Made by a program: the position numbers and the translations under genes
Assembly: GCA_012441205.1 (NCBI GenBank)
Contig: GCA_012441205.1_4705.1
Strand: one strand, 5' to 3'
From: a phage
DNA length: 64,000 nucleotides
Notes under the pieces: model-generated
The model's database searches: none
What the model was told of the DNA's origin: nothing
What the model saw: the letters and a program-made list of their open reading frames with translations, nothing else
Shown here: positions 1-8,780 of the stretch, piece after piece
How positions within the stretch are numbered: position 1 is the stretch's first letter
How the letters are laid out: every line of letters begins with the position of its first letter

Positions 1-1
1 G

Positions 2-787
2 CCGGAAGGTGCGGCGGAAGGTAGTGTCGCGTGGTGGCTCAACCGAGGCAATGTGTTACGCGATCCTGCGAAACGGGGTGATGTGCGCCAAGTTCGTTAT
101 CTGGTTAACGGTGGCTATAATGGATTACGTGACGTTGAACAGCGCTCTGCTTATTGGATTCAGGCGGCTAAGAATGGCACCCTGAAGAAAATGATGGATG
201 AGTTATCGGGATCAACATCAGGCGATCAAGCTGAAGGACCGACTACCGCCGAGCAGGTGAAGAATGAAGCAGCCCAAGAGGCAAACGGAACGCCAACTGT
301 AAGCAACGATCCGCAAGCCCCAGCACCTTCAACCACCCCTGAAGCTAAACCGTCTGCGGCTGCCGGTACGGCTCCAGCACCCGGAGAAGCATCACCAGCG
401 CCTGGAAGTTTCGAAACAGCGAAAGCTGCGGCAGGACAACCGACATCAACGCCAGCACTTAGCGATTTGCCGTCAAACCCTGGCGCAAATCGAGGGATAT
501 CGGTTCCGAATACGCCTGCACAGGTCGCGCAGTCTGCGACACAAACATCGGCCGCGAGTGAGAACTTCTACGGTAGCGCAGGTGAAATTCTCCGACAGCA
601 GCTGACCACGCAGCAGAACATCGAGAAGAACACCGGTAGAACGAATGAACTTATTTCGGAATTAATCCAAGCCGTTAAGGGTTCTTCTATCGGTAAGGGT
701 TCTGCAAGTCCTTCTCAACAACAGGCGATGTCGCTACCTAATCGTCCGCAAGGAATCTCTCCAACACGGACAAGGTACGCGCAGTAG
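2..787 (+). CDS. hypothetical protein, Ala/Pro/Thr/Ser/Gln-rich low-complexity; probably 5'-truncated by window edge
   Basis: Track ORF 53..787 starts with GTG; same frame is open back to nt 2 with no stop, so the gene likely begins upstream of the window. Confidence 0.5.
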   Translation, partial: PEGAAEGSVAWWLNRGNVLRDPAKRGDVRQVRYLVNGGYNGLRDVEQRSAYWIQAAKNGTLKKMMDELSGSTSGDQAEGPTTAEQVKNEAAQEANGTPTVSNDPQAPAPSTTPEAKPSAAAGTAPAPGEASPAPGSFETAKAAAGQPTSTPALSDLPSNPGANRGISVPNTPAQVAQSATQTSAASENFYGSAGEILRQQLTTQQNIEKNTGRTNELISELIQAVKGSSIGKGSASPSQQQAMSLPNRPQGISPTRTRYAQ

Positions 788-798
788 TCATTAGTTAA

Positions 799-824
799 GG
801 GCGGGAATCTCCCGCCCTCTTCTT
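799..824 (+). terminator. intrinsic terminator candidate (GGGCGGG-aatct-CCCGCCC followed by TCTTCTT)
   Basis: GC stem-loop immediately after stop of the first CDS, followed by a T-rich run, then an SD (GAGGAA) for the next gene. Confidence 0.5.
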
Positions 825-836
825 GAGGAATGTTAC

Positions 837-2978
837 ATGGGTATTCTTGTTCAAAACGCCCTAATCACCAAACAGGCGTTTTTATTACCGGGCGATAGCA
901 GCACGCTTAGTGCTGACATGATTAAAGCGAGACATACACCGTATTCCTACGATAACGTCGATGATACCACCTTAGGCGGGAACTGGGTGCTTAACCCACC
1001 ACCGCAATATACCAAATTTGCCGACATCAAGGAACGCCGACGTGCGGTTATGCCTGGATCAACGGGCATGGGCCGAGGCTATAGTGAAAGCATTAACAGC
1101 TTTAAAGAGGTCGTTACGTTACGATTCGGTAAACCTCGCTTTACAGGCGCAAGTATCTTCTTTACTGATTTCTACGATGCCGATGTTGCCGTAACGGTTA
1201 AAACCGGTCGCGATCCCGGTATTCTTTATTACGCAGCCAAAGCGTATACCACCGTTCTTTCTTACCTCACACCTCTACCCTACTTGTATATGGTTGGACG
1301 TATCGGTCGATATTTCCTGGGTAAGCCTACCAGTCAATATTACTATCAAGTACCAACCATGCACGTGTATTGGGCGTCTTTCCAAACGCTGGTAAACCAA
1401 ACAGCGATAAACATGGGTCTTATCGCCGGTGCCGGTAAAGATAAAGGCTATGTGGAAGAAGGGGGTACCGTACTCCACCAATATTCAATCGGTGGTCAGA
1501 ACGTTGAAGAATTCATCAACTACGCCTCTAAGACGCTACCGGGGATTTATAAGAAAGGTGGTGGGATCGATATCTACCAGATCGCAACACGACGTCAGCG
1601 CATACAGAACGCATGGGTACGTCGTATTCAATCCATGATGGAAAACGATTACTCGTCTTACGAGGAGTTCTGGAACGATCTTGATAAACGACTTGATAGC
1701 GGAGCATTTCCATCGGATGTAACCGGCCGTACGTTAACGCAGTATCTCGCCGACACGCAGAAGTCTGCTGTTTACAGTGCGACAGCTGGTGATAATAAAC
1801 AAACGATGGACGACCTTTTATTTGGAAGAGCCTCGTACACCAATAAAGATGCCGATGCTAACTTCAATGTCTCAGCGGCTACCTCCGACGGCGGTACGTC
1901 AACACAGAGTCAGGGTACAACAGCCAATGTCGGTAATTCGACGTCAGGGACAACGCAGGCTTCAACAACAGCATCAACGGCTGGAGGCGCGAACGTACAG
2001 AGCAAAGGAATCGGTCAAACGAACGCAGCCGAAGAAGCTACGTTTCTTGATCTGATGGATGCTGAACTGGCCGATGGTGCTCAGTTTATCAGTTTTCGAG
2101 TCGACTCTGTCACCAGTGTAACCGAAACGTTTTCAAACAGCGCTTCAGAAAGTTCAATCGCACAGACGATGAATAGCCGTGCACAAGCGAACATCGAACG
2201 TCGTTTCACCCTCTCCGGTGGTAATACAGGTTGGGCTGTACTAGACGAAGCCATCAAAGCCGGTTCCGATCTCGTTAATGGTGCTATTTCCGGGATGGGC
2301 CTGGATGGTATTTTTGGTGCCTTCATGGGTTCCGGCTTCGCCGACATTCCGAAATTCTATTCCGGATCATCGGTAAGTCTTCCGCGTGCAGATCTGACGA
2401 TGGAATTGCGTTCCTGGAGCGGGGACCGCTGGTCGATCTTTACGAACCTCATGGTACCTCTTTTAGCGATCCTTGCAGGTGGTTTACCTCAGGCTACCGG
2501 TAAATCGTCCTACGGGATGCCGTTCATGTGTGAGTGTTATATTCCAGGTAAAGTCCAGATTAAAATGGGCCTTATCGATAATATCACTGTGACGCGCCAT
2601 GTTGGAAACGTACCATCAACACGCGAGCGATTACCGTTGGGGATCGACGTCAGCTTCAGCGTTTATGACCTGTCGTCTATCGTCGCCATGCCGATCACAA
2701 CGACGGCCGCATCGATCGCAAAATTGGATCCTCGTGGCTTCTTAAGCGATCTTCTTGCTGACGATACGCCGCTCAACAACTATCTTGCTGTATTATCAGC
2801 ATTGACACTTACGGAACAAGTTTACATGATTCCGGATTTAAGTCGTCGCATGCATAAAACCATGGCTGATATCGATAGTTTCTGGAGCAAAGGTAATTTT
2901 GCTAGCTGGTTGTCTGACACCATGCCTGGCAGGATAGCATCAGGGCTGTTATGGAAACGTACAGAACGGCCGTTCTGA
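837..2978 (+). CDS. hypothetical 713-aa protein with Ser/Thr/Gly-rich linker and hydrophobic C-terminal segments (virion-associated?)
   Basis: Long ORF with ATG preceded by GAGGAA; no catalytic motif recognised. Confidence 0.6.
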   Translation: MGILVQNALITKQAFLLPGDSSTLSADMIKARHTPYSYDNVDDTTLGGNWVLNPPPQYTKFADIKERRRAVMPGSTGMGRGYSESINSFKEVVTLRFGKPRFTGASIFFTDFYDADVAVTVKTGRDPGILYYAAKAYTTVLSYLTPLPYLYMVGRIGRYFLGKPTSQYYYQVPTMHVYWASFQTLVNQTAINMGLIAGAGKDKGYVEEGGTVLHQYSIGGQNVEEFINYASKTLPGIYKKGGGIDIYQIATRRQRIQNAWVRRIQSMMENDYSSYEEFWNDLDKRLDSGAFPSDVTGRTLTQYLADTQKSAVYSATAGDNKQTMDDLLFGRASYTNKDADANFNVSAATSDGGTSTQSQGTTANVGNSTSGTTQASTTASTAGGANVQSKGIGQTNAAEEATFLDLMDAELADGAQFISFRVDSVTSVTETFSNSASESSIAQTMNSRAQANIERRFTLSGGNTGWAVLDEAIKAGSDLVNGAISGMGLDGIFGAFMGSGFADIPKFYSGSSVSLPRADLTMELRSWSGDRWSIFTNLMVPLLAILAGGLPQATGKSSYGMPFMCECYIPGKVQIKMGLIDNITVTRHVGNVPSTRERLPLGIDVSFSVYDLSSIVAMPITTTAASIAKLDPRGFLSDLLADDTPLNNYLAVLSALTLTEQVYMIPDLSRRMHKTMADIDSFWSKGNFASWLSDTMPGRIASGLLWKRTERPF

Positions 2979-2995
2979 TATTCACTGCATAAACC

Positions 2996-3027
2996 CCCTC
3001 TCCCTTCCCTGCTGGGTTGGGAGAGGG
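2996..3027. terminator. nested hairpin element (family copy, reverse orientation) between convergent genes
   Basis: CCCTCTCCC-ttCCCtgctGGGtt-GGGAGAGGG between stops of 837..2978 (+) and 3034..4101 (-). Confidence 0.55.
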
Positions 3028-3033
3028 ATTATG

Positions 3034-4101
3034 TTAACCTAACGTCACCGTCGGTAAATCAGGATAAAGTTTCTTCAAGCCTGCCATCGTGGTGGTAGTT
3101 GTATAATTCTTACCCATCGCAGCAAGAGATGCGTATTTCCTACTGCGAGAGAAAAGAGAATAGAACCCACTGGATGTTTCCATCCACATCGTGAGGAGTT
3201 CTGCATCGTTACCGTGATAGTTCGTTTTACCCCATCCAGGTTTAAACGCATCGGCAAAATCAATTAAACGCGAGGCTTCAGCGTCGTATTCTTTAAGGGT
3301 AAGGTACGATGGAATGCGGTAGTTACGAAACAGTAACGTAATGAGTTCAGGGACAACGCTACGGGCACGTTCAGCCGTGATAAGTTCGGTGATCACAGCA
3401 GCTGTACGGAAATCGCCGTTAAGACCAACGCTGCTTAACGATTCCGCTAAAGTGGTCGCCATCGCCACTTTATCCTCCGCTGACCCAGAGTCATACAGAC
3501 TACGCACATCGATGTAGTTGCCTGCTAATGCGGCTTGACGAATCAACGATGTGACAACTGTCCGGTTCGTCTTATAGTCGTTGTAACTGAATTCGGTTCG
3601 CGTTTTCCCTTGATCGTCGAGATACCGATCGACAATCGTTGAAAGTTTATAATACTCATCGCCCGACATCAGACTATCGAGAAGCTTAACGTTTCCATCT
3701 TTATCAATAAGCTTCCCTAACGCACCATTGGATTGCTGGTTAATGGTACTGTAAATCTGGTCTTTTACTTGCGATAGAATGTTATCGGTTGACGATATAT
3801 TCAGGCCAGTAACATCTTTGATCTTATTCATCAACGCGTTTTCATTCAGGGAGATTTTGCCTCCGCTGATATCGATGAAAGAATTAAGATCGCTTATGGA
3901 AATCAGGTTTCCTGTTAACGCCGATAATGTACTATTGATACTGTTCGTAATACTGCTGCGAAAACTGGTTAACGCATCCGCCGCTGAAACAGCGGTACCG
4001 CTAACCGCTTTAAGGAGCGTATCACGCCCTGTCGAAAAATCGCTGGTGATGGTTTTGATCTTGGACGTATCTATACTCGGCAGTTTGTCGTAAAGACTCA
4101 T
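3034..4101 (-). CDS. hypothetical protein
   Basis: Track ORF 3034..4152; internal ATG (MSLYDKLP) at 4101 is preceded by AGGAGG, so I place the start there. Confidence 0.55.
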   Translation of the reverse strand: MSLYDKLPSIDTSKIKTITSDFSTGRDTLLKAVSGTAVSAADALTSFRSSITNSINSTLSALTGNLISISDLNSFIDISGGKISLNENALMNKIKDVTGLNISSTDNILSQVKDQIYSTINQQSNGALGKLIDKDGNVKLLDSLMSGDEYYKLSTIVDRYLDDQGKTRTEFSYNDYKTNRTVVTSLIRQAALAGNYIDVRSLYDSGSAEDKVAMATTLAESLSSVGLNGDFRTAAVITELITAERARSVVPELITLLFRNYRIPSYLTLKEYDAEASRLIDFADAFKPGWGKTNYHGNDAELLTMWMETSSGFYSLFSRSRKYASLAAMGKNYTTTTTMAGLKKLYPDLPTVTLG

Positions 4102-4183
4102 CACGTCCTCCTGAAAAAGAAAAAAGAAATACGGCATAAAGCCTACCCACACAATGGTGGGTAGGCTAAGATCAACATCGATG

Positions 4184-4696
4184 TTAAACTTCTTCGTTTT
4201 CTGAACCTAATGATTCAGCATCTGGATCGTCAACAGGAATGGTTGCATCAAAATACCGTTTCGTATGCGTGGTTGTATATCCTACGCTATCTGTGATGGA
4301 AATCGTAAACGTGACTTCCCTTGCACGGATTAAGCGTAGTTTATTCATGAAGTTACGGAACGGCATCGATCCCCGATTCAACTCCTTAATGACGTTTCCC
4401 CGAATACTGGAAATGTCTTTATTCGTTTTATCAGGGTGTCGTTTCTTCACATCACGCATATGTCGGGTAATATACGAATTGAGCTGATTTGCGCCGATCC
4501 CTCTCTCCGTATAAATCTGCAACAGGAACTCCGTAAGGAAATCCTGTCTACCCGTAGGCGTCCAGAAATTGTTACCGTGATTGTAGTTAGTCGCTCGTCC
4601 TCGATTGCTTTGAGGATTTTCATCATCGCTTTCATCACGACGCTTAAGCGGATTAATGCGTGCGCGGAAAGAGACTTCATTATATTTATTTGTCAT
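4184..4696 (-). CDS. hypothetical basic protein (putative early gene)
   Basis: Track ORF 4184..4741; start MTNKYNEV at 4696 overlaps the upstream stop in an ATGA arrangement (translational coupling). Confidence 0.5.
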   Translation of the reverse strand: MTNKYNEVSFRARINPLKRRDESDDENPQSNRGRATNYNHGNNFWTPTGRQDFLTEFLLQIYTERGIGANQLNSYITRHMRDVKKRHPDKTNKDISSIRGNVIKELNRGSMPFRNFMNKLRLIRAREVTFTISITDSVGYTTTHTKRYFDATIPVDDPDAESLGSENEEV

Positions 4697-5208
4697 AATA
4701 CACCAGTGTACTGACTGAGTGCGAAGGTTAGGAGTTCGCAACAGTCTCTCGCTAGTTTCCTTGTTTTGCGTAATCCATAAGCCGCATCCAAATCGTCACG
4801 TTCCGCCAGCGCGTCTAACCACGTCGCAAGTATGCGTCCATACTCGATAACGTCACGCATGAGAACGTCGAACCGGATAACACGACCATCGGCATCAGCA
4901 AGCCAACGATTGAACGTGATTTGTGGTGCTAGTATTGCATATGTTCTCTCCTCTAATGCGATTATGTTTATGTTGCCTTCGTTATCGAACGCTTGATGCC
5001 AACGGCGAAGGTCAAGCATCAACGACTCAGCGTCCATATACCACAACGGTAAATACGTTTTACGTGCAACGCGTATATCGTAGATGTTGTGAACCCAGGA
5101 CGTTGTTTTGTAAAGCAACAAGAGTTCGTTTAACCGTTGCCTATCATCTTGAAACGTCTTCCTTTTATAACGTTGGAACGCACGCCTCAAGAAAAAGCGA
5201 TGTAACAT
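4693..5208 (-). CDS. hypothetical protein (putative early gene)
   Basis: 171-aa ORF directly downstream of the promoter-like motif pair at 5258-5313. Confidence 0.55.
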   Translation of the reverse strand: MLHRFFLRRAFQRYKRKTFQDDRQRLNELLLLYKTTSWVHNIYDIRVARKTYLPLWYMDAESLMLDLRRWHQAFDNEGNINIIALEERTYAILAPQITFNRWLADADGRVIRFDVLMRDVIEYGRILATWLDALAERDDLDAAYGLRKTRKLARDCCELLTFALSQYTGVL

Positions 5209-5257
5209 GGCATCACCTATGTATCATTCTTGCAGGCATCAATGAAGCCATCACAAG

Positions 5258-5313
5258 AAGGTAACGTTATACGTCGCCTTCATGACTGTCATCATGAAGG
5301 TAATATAGTCCTG
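5258..5313 (-). promoter_or_regulatory. tandem promoter-like motifs (AAGGTAACGTTATACGTC and AAGGTAATATAGTC on + strand; minus strand reads ...TATATTACCTT)
   Basis: Same motif family recurs at 18418, 30976-31038 and 59181, each just upstream of a minus-strand gene block. Confidence 0.45.
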
Positions 5314-5341
5314 TTATTTTTTTCAATACGGAGAATGTAAA

Positions 5342-5971
5342 ATGAGCGAATATGGTGTTGCCCCCGTAGATGATGAACCGCAAGAAGCACCTGATAAATT
5401 CGAGGTCCGTCTTGACGAAACCCGTAATATCCGCCAACGATTTATTCAACGCCTTGAAATGCTGTTAGATAGCGAATTCAAAGATTTCGAGCTTAATCCT
5501 GGCGCTGATAACAAAGCCATCGTCGACGTCGAAAACGTCGACCGAATAGGTAAGCTGTTGTTGAAATCGTTGGGCGATAACGACAAAGTCGACTTAACGT
5601 TGAAACGTATCAGTGCCGACCAGGCCATGAATGACAGCGCACTGAAAACAGCACAAGCCCTAACCGAAACCATGCTGCGCCGCTTAGGTCAGATGGATCA
5701 ACATCCTCTCGCAGCAGGGGCTGTTTATGAAGGCGAAGTCGTGAAGCCAGTCACGCCTGAAGAACGTGATCGTCGACTTGGTTTTGCGTCATTGGAAGAG
5801 TTCGATAGCAAGGAGTTCTCACCAGGCGTTCTCATCCAGGGACGTGTCGAAGAAACCAGCGATGCTTTCTATGCTAGAATGGCTCAACTGACGGCGTCGG
5901 TTCGTGAGGAGGTATCTCAGAAGATGGCTGCAGATCATCAGTCTTCGGAGGCGTCACACGAGGAGGAATAA
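5342..5971 (+). CDS. hypothetical acidic protein
   Basis: ATG preceded by GGAGA at 8 nt; 209 aa, Glu/Asp-rich. Confidence 0.6.
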   Translation: MSEYGVAPVDDEPQEAPDKFEVRLDETRNIRQRFIQRLEMLLDSEFKDFELNPGADNKAIVDVENVDRIGKLLLKSLGDNDKVDLTLKRISADQAMNDSALKTAQALTETMLRRLGQMDQHPLAAGAVYEGEVVKPVTPEERDRRLGFASLEEFDSKEFSPGVLIQGRVEETSDAFYARMAQLTASVREEVSQKMAADHQSSEASHEEE

Positions 5972-6662
5972 AATAACTGAACCATTTTATTCCAAAGAAC
6001 CGCATGAACATCACAGGCGCGTTAGAAAGTTCGATTGCTTCGTAAAGTTTGTCATAAGCCAGATCGGAATCAGGGATGGTTTCACTGATTCGTCTGGCTA
6101 CAACCAATACGTTACAAATCGGATTGTCTTCTAACAGCATCTGATTGGGGAGGTGCCAGCGTTTGAAATCGTAAAAGAACATCGCATTATACGTCTTACG
6201 GATTTCTGACGGATGCAGTGTGGCCGGATGACGGTAAATAATCTCAACGCTATCTTGCGCGCCGAGGTATTGCTGGATGCCTTCTTTTAACGCAATTGCA
6301 GCATCTCCCACAAATTCAAACGGGTACGTATTCACATGAACCGAAAAATCCGGTGCGGCAATCCCTGTCAAGCGGTCTTTCATGTAGTCCGCAACCACGT
6401 AACATAATCGCCACATCAACTCCGTCGGAATACATTTATCAAGAATGGTTTCATCGATATTTGCCAACGCACCCTTAAACTCTTCGTAAGTGTAAGTAAC
6501 ACCCGCCTGCTTTTCCGGCTCCAGGTTATAGGGTCGGTAATGCCATTTCTTCCCCCACTTTCTGATAGCCTCAGGATCCAACGTTGTTGCTACCGCCATT
6601 TCGATATCAAGCAGCGCCTCGAGTTCTACGTACACCGTCACTAACGCCGCATTTCCAGTCAT
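5874..6662 (-). CDS. hypothetical protein (3' end overlaps convergent gene 5342..5971)
   Basis: 262-aa ORF; Pro-rich C-terminal ~30 aa lie in the 98-bp overlap with the + gene. Confidence 0.5.
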   Translation of the reverse strand: MTGNAALVTVYVELEALLDIEMAVATTLDPEAIRKWGKKWHYRPYNLEPEKQAGVTYTYEEFKGALANIDETILDKCIPTELMWRLCYVVADYMKDRLTGIAAPDFSVHVNTYPFEFVGDAAIALKEGIQQYLGAQDSVEIIYRHPATLHPSEIRKTYNAMFFYDFKRWHLPNQMLLEDNPICNVLVVARRISETIPDSDLAYDKLYEAIELSNAPVMFMRFFGIKWFSYFIPPRVTPPKTDDLQPSSEIPPHEPTPSVEPF

Positions 6663-7366
6663 CGTTGCTCTCCAGCTTCACCGGTTAACATCTGCATATC
6701 GGGAGACGTTTTAATTTTCTTCTCGTACTCTTTTGTTTGTTTGAATACCAACTCACCGATTTCTTCCAATTCTTCAACGGTGACGGTATGCAAATAAAGC
6801 AACGGAATAATCCAGGTATTCGCACGAAGCATATCCCGAATATCATCAATGGTGGGTAATTCCGTAAAGAACTGTTCGTCTACCGCGAATAAATCCCGGG
6901 CGATACCATCCACCAGTTTATGATTGCTTTCATGGATCCATGCAAAACTTCCAGCAAGATGATCGATAAGCATATCGATGTCATCGACAGTTGAGAACAC
7001 TGTACGCCGAACGTGCGTTGTGAGGTCCATCGTAAAACCCATTAACGAAGGGGTTTCCTCAGAACGGAGTTCACGCCAAAGACGGATCATGTTTTCAGGG
7101 ATAAACAAATCATGGATGAACGTCACACTGAATTTCGTAACCCAGTCACGAATTGTTGCCCCTTTGGAATATTGTTGCGGTGGGGAATACAAATACACCC
7201 AGCGTTTCGTGTACGCGATAACTTCCTTTCGCATCGCCGCATCTAAAACAAGCACGTAACGATCGGAAGCAAGCTCTTCTAATAAAAGCTCGAACGCAGT
7301 ATCACTCTCTGGGGAGAACGATCGTTTTATTTCTGCGATACGTCGTGATAACCGACCACGTAACAT
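6659..7366 (-). CDS. hypothetical protein
   Basis: 235-aa ORF, 4-bp overlap with downstream gene (operon-like packing). Confidence 0.55.
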   Translation of the reverse strand: MLRGRLSRRIAEIKRSFSPESDTAFELLLEELASDRYVLVLDAAMRKEVIAYTKRWVYLYSPPQQYSKGATIRDWVTKFSVTFIHDLFIPENMIRLWRELRSEETPSLMGFTMDLTTHVRRTVFSTVDDIDMLIDHLAGSFAWIHESNHKLVDGIARDLFAVDEQFFTELPTIDDIRDMLRANTWIIPLLYLHTVTVEELEEIGELVFKQTKEYEKKIKTSPDMQMLTGEAGEQR

Positions 7367-7368
7367 AA

Positions 7369-8043
7369 TTAGCCCTCATCAAGGTTATTCTGGAGATGCA
7401 TCGCGGTGAGGATAACGCCAACCGCCGAAACCGATTTTGCCTTGCTGTCTTCAGGGAGCTGCTCCAAGCTTACGGTACCTGTTTCTAACAGCATGCGGTT
7501 CATCGCGTTGAACTTCTTATCGTCACCACCACGAGCCTGCATCAGCTCTCGGTTCACGTTCGGCATCGACCGTCCTAACGTCGCTTGCATTTCCGGCTGG
7601 CTCCAAGTGGAACCTTTACTATCACCCGTCGGCTGATTGGTGAGCTGGTCCTTGGTGTTGTTGTTTTTCGGAATCGAAATTTTAGCACTCAACGTTTCGG
7701 CTTGTCGGCGGTTTGGAATCAGGTACAATCTGGTTGGGCGGTCACGAAGCACCAATTGCCCTGTTTTCTGGTCGGTGAGATAAATGCGTTGGAAGAAAGG
7801 GAAACCGTATTTCTTACCGACTTCCAACGCACGTTTTATCGTCACCTCGTTTTTGTTCATGTTGGGTACCCAGATGGGTAGAATCTCTTTCTTATCCCGA
7901 CATAAACGCATATAGGCATCAAACGTCTCATCATCGATTTCAGCAAAACGTTTTTTGTAAATAGCGTAAGTCGGGCTCGATTCACCCACCAGGTCTTTGA
8001 TATACCCAAGAATGAATTTTTCTGCTGCAGCGCGGTTGGACAT
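7369..8043 (-). CDS. hypothetical protein
   Basis: 224-aa ORF in tight minus-strand array. Confidence 0.55.
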   Translation of the reverse strand: MSNRAAAEKFILGYIKDLVGESSPTYAIYKKRFAEIDDETFDAYMRLCRDKKEILPIWVPNMNKNEVTIKRALEVGKKYGFPFFQRIYLTDQKTGQLVLRDRPTRLYLIPNRRQAETLSAKISIPKNNNTKDQLTNQPTGDSKGSTWSQPEMQATLGRSMPNVNRELMQARGGDDKKFNAMNRMLLETGTVSLEQLPEDSKAKSVSAVGVILTAMHLQNNLDEG

Positions 8044-8052
8044 AAACGTCTC

Positions 8053-8394
8053 CTATTGTCGTGTCTGTTGCGGAAATACCCGAAACACCTGGACAATGAT
8101 GTTCTTGTCCTCGCGGTTGGCGATGTCGATCATGTGTTTTGTTCCAGGACTTTTGAAATCCCAGAACGCAATTAAATGCGTAATGACATCGCCCATCCAC
8201 TCATTGCGTCTGAATCCAGCACCTTTACGATAAGGACCATCCCAATCGGCAGGAAACGTGGTGTATTTAAACCCGTAATCCTTCGCGTAGCGGCGCACAT
8301 GCAAATCAGCGCCTGAATGCGCACCGCCAGCAATGAGATGAACTTTGTCGTGAGGAAGGTTGTGTAACATCTGGTTCATACGCTTTTCGAACAA
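8053..8394 (-). CDS. small Rossmann-like protein, possible SLOG/DUF2493-like
   Basis: Motifs LIAGGAHSGADL ... FPADWD ... GAGFRRNEWM ... LIAFWDFKSPGTKHMI resemble phage-associated SLOG proteins (from memory). Confidence 0.35.
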   Translation of the reverse strand: MFEKRMNQMLHNLPHDKVHLIAGGAHSGADLHVRRYAKDYGFKYTTFPADWDGPYRKGAGFRRNEWMGDVITHLIAFWDFKSPGTKHMIDIANREDKNIIVQVFRVFPQQTRQ

Positions 8395-8447
8395 GGGATA
8401 ATCATCCCAGTAGCGTGATCCCGATACCCCTACACGATAGGGTTCGC

Positions 8448-8768
8448 TTATCTTCCACCGCGCAATGACTTTACGTTGCGTGCGATAAAGGGTGCAACGT
8501 AATCACGGAAATTATGGATCCATCCTTTAATGGGTTGGTTGTCTAGTAAGCACTCACGTACCGAAAACGTACTTACTTCTAATACACCAAACTGTAGTCG
8601 CCAATAGCGATTGATTTCAGCTTGGGTATGTTCTAATGTCATGTACTCAGGAACACGAGCCAATAGGTCGTGTTTAAATTGCTCAGCAATCGCTGGTTGA
8701 TGTGACGCAATTGTCTGCGTGATAACATCAATCAGTTCATGTGCATGCTTGATAGCAGGTGCGGTCAT
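8448..8768 (-). CDS. hypothetical protein
   Basis: 106-aa ORF in same operon-like array. Confidence 0.5.
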   Translation of the reverse strand: MTAPAIKHAHELIDVITQTIASHQPAIAEQFKHDLLARVPEYMTLEHTQAEINRYWRLQFGVLEVSTFSVRECLLDNQPIKGWIHNFRDYVAPFIARNVKSLRGGR

Positions 8769-8780
8769 TTATTTAGCCTT

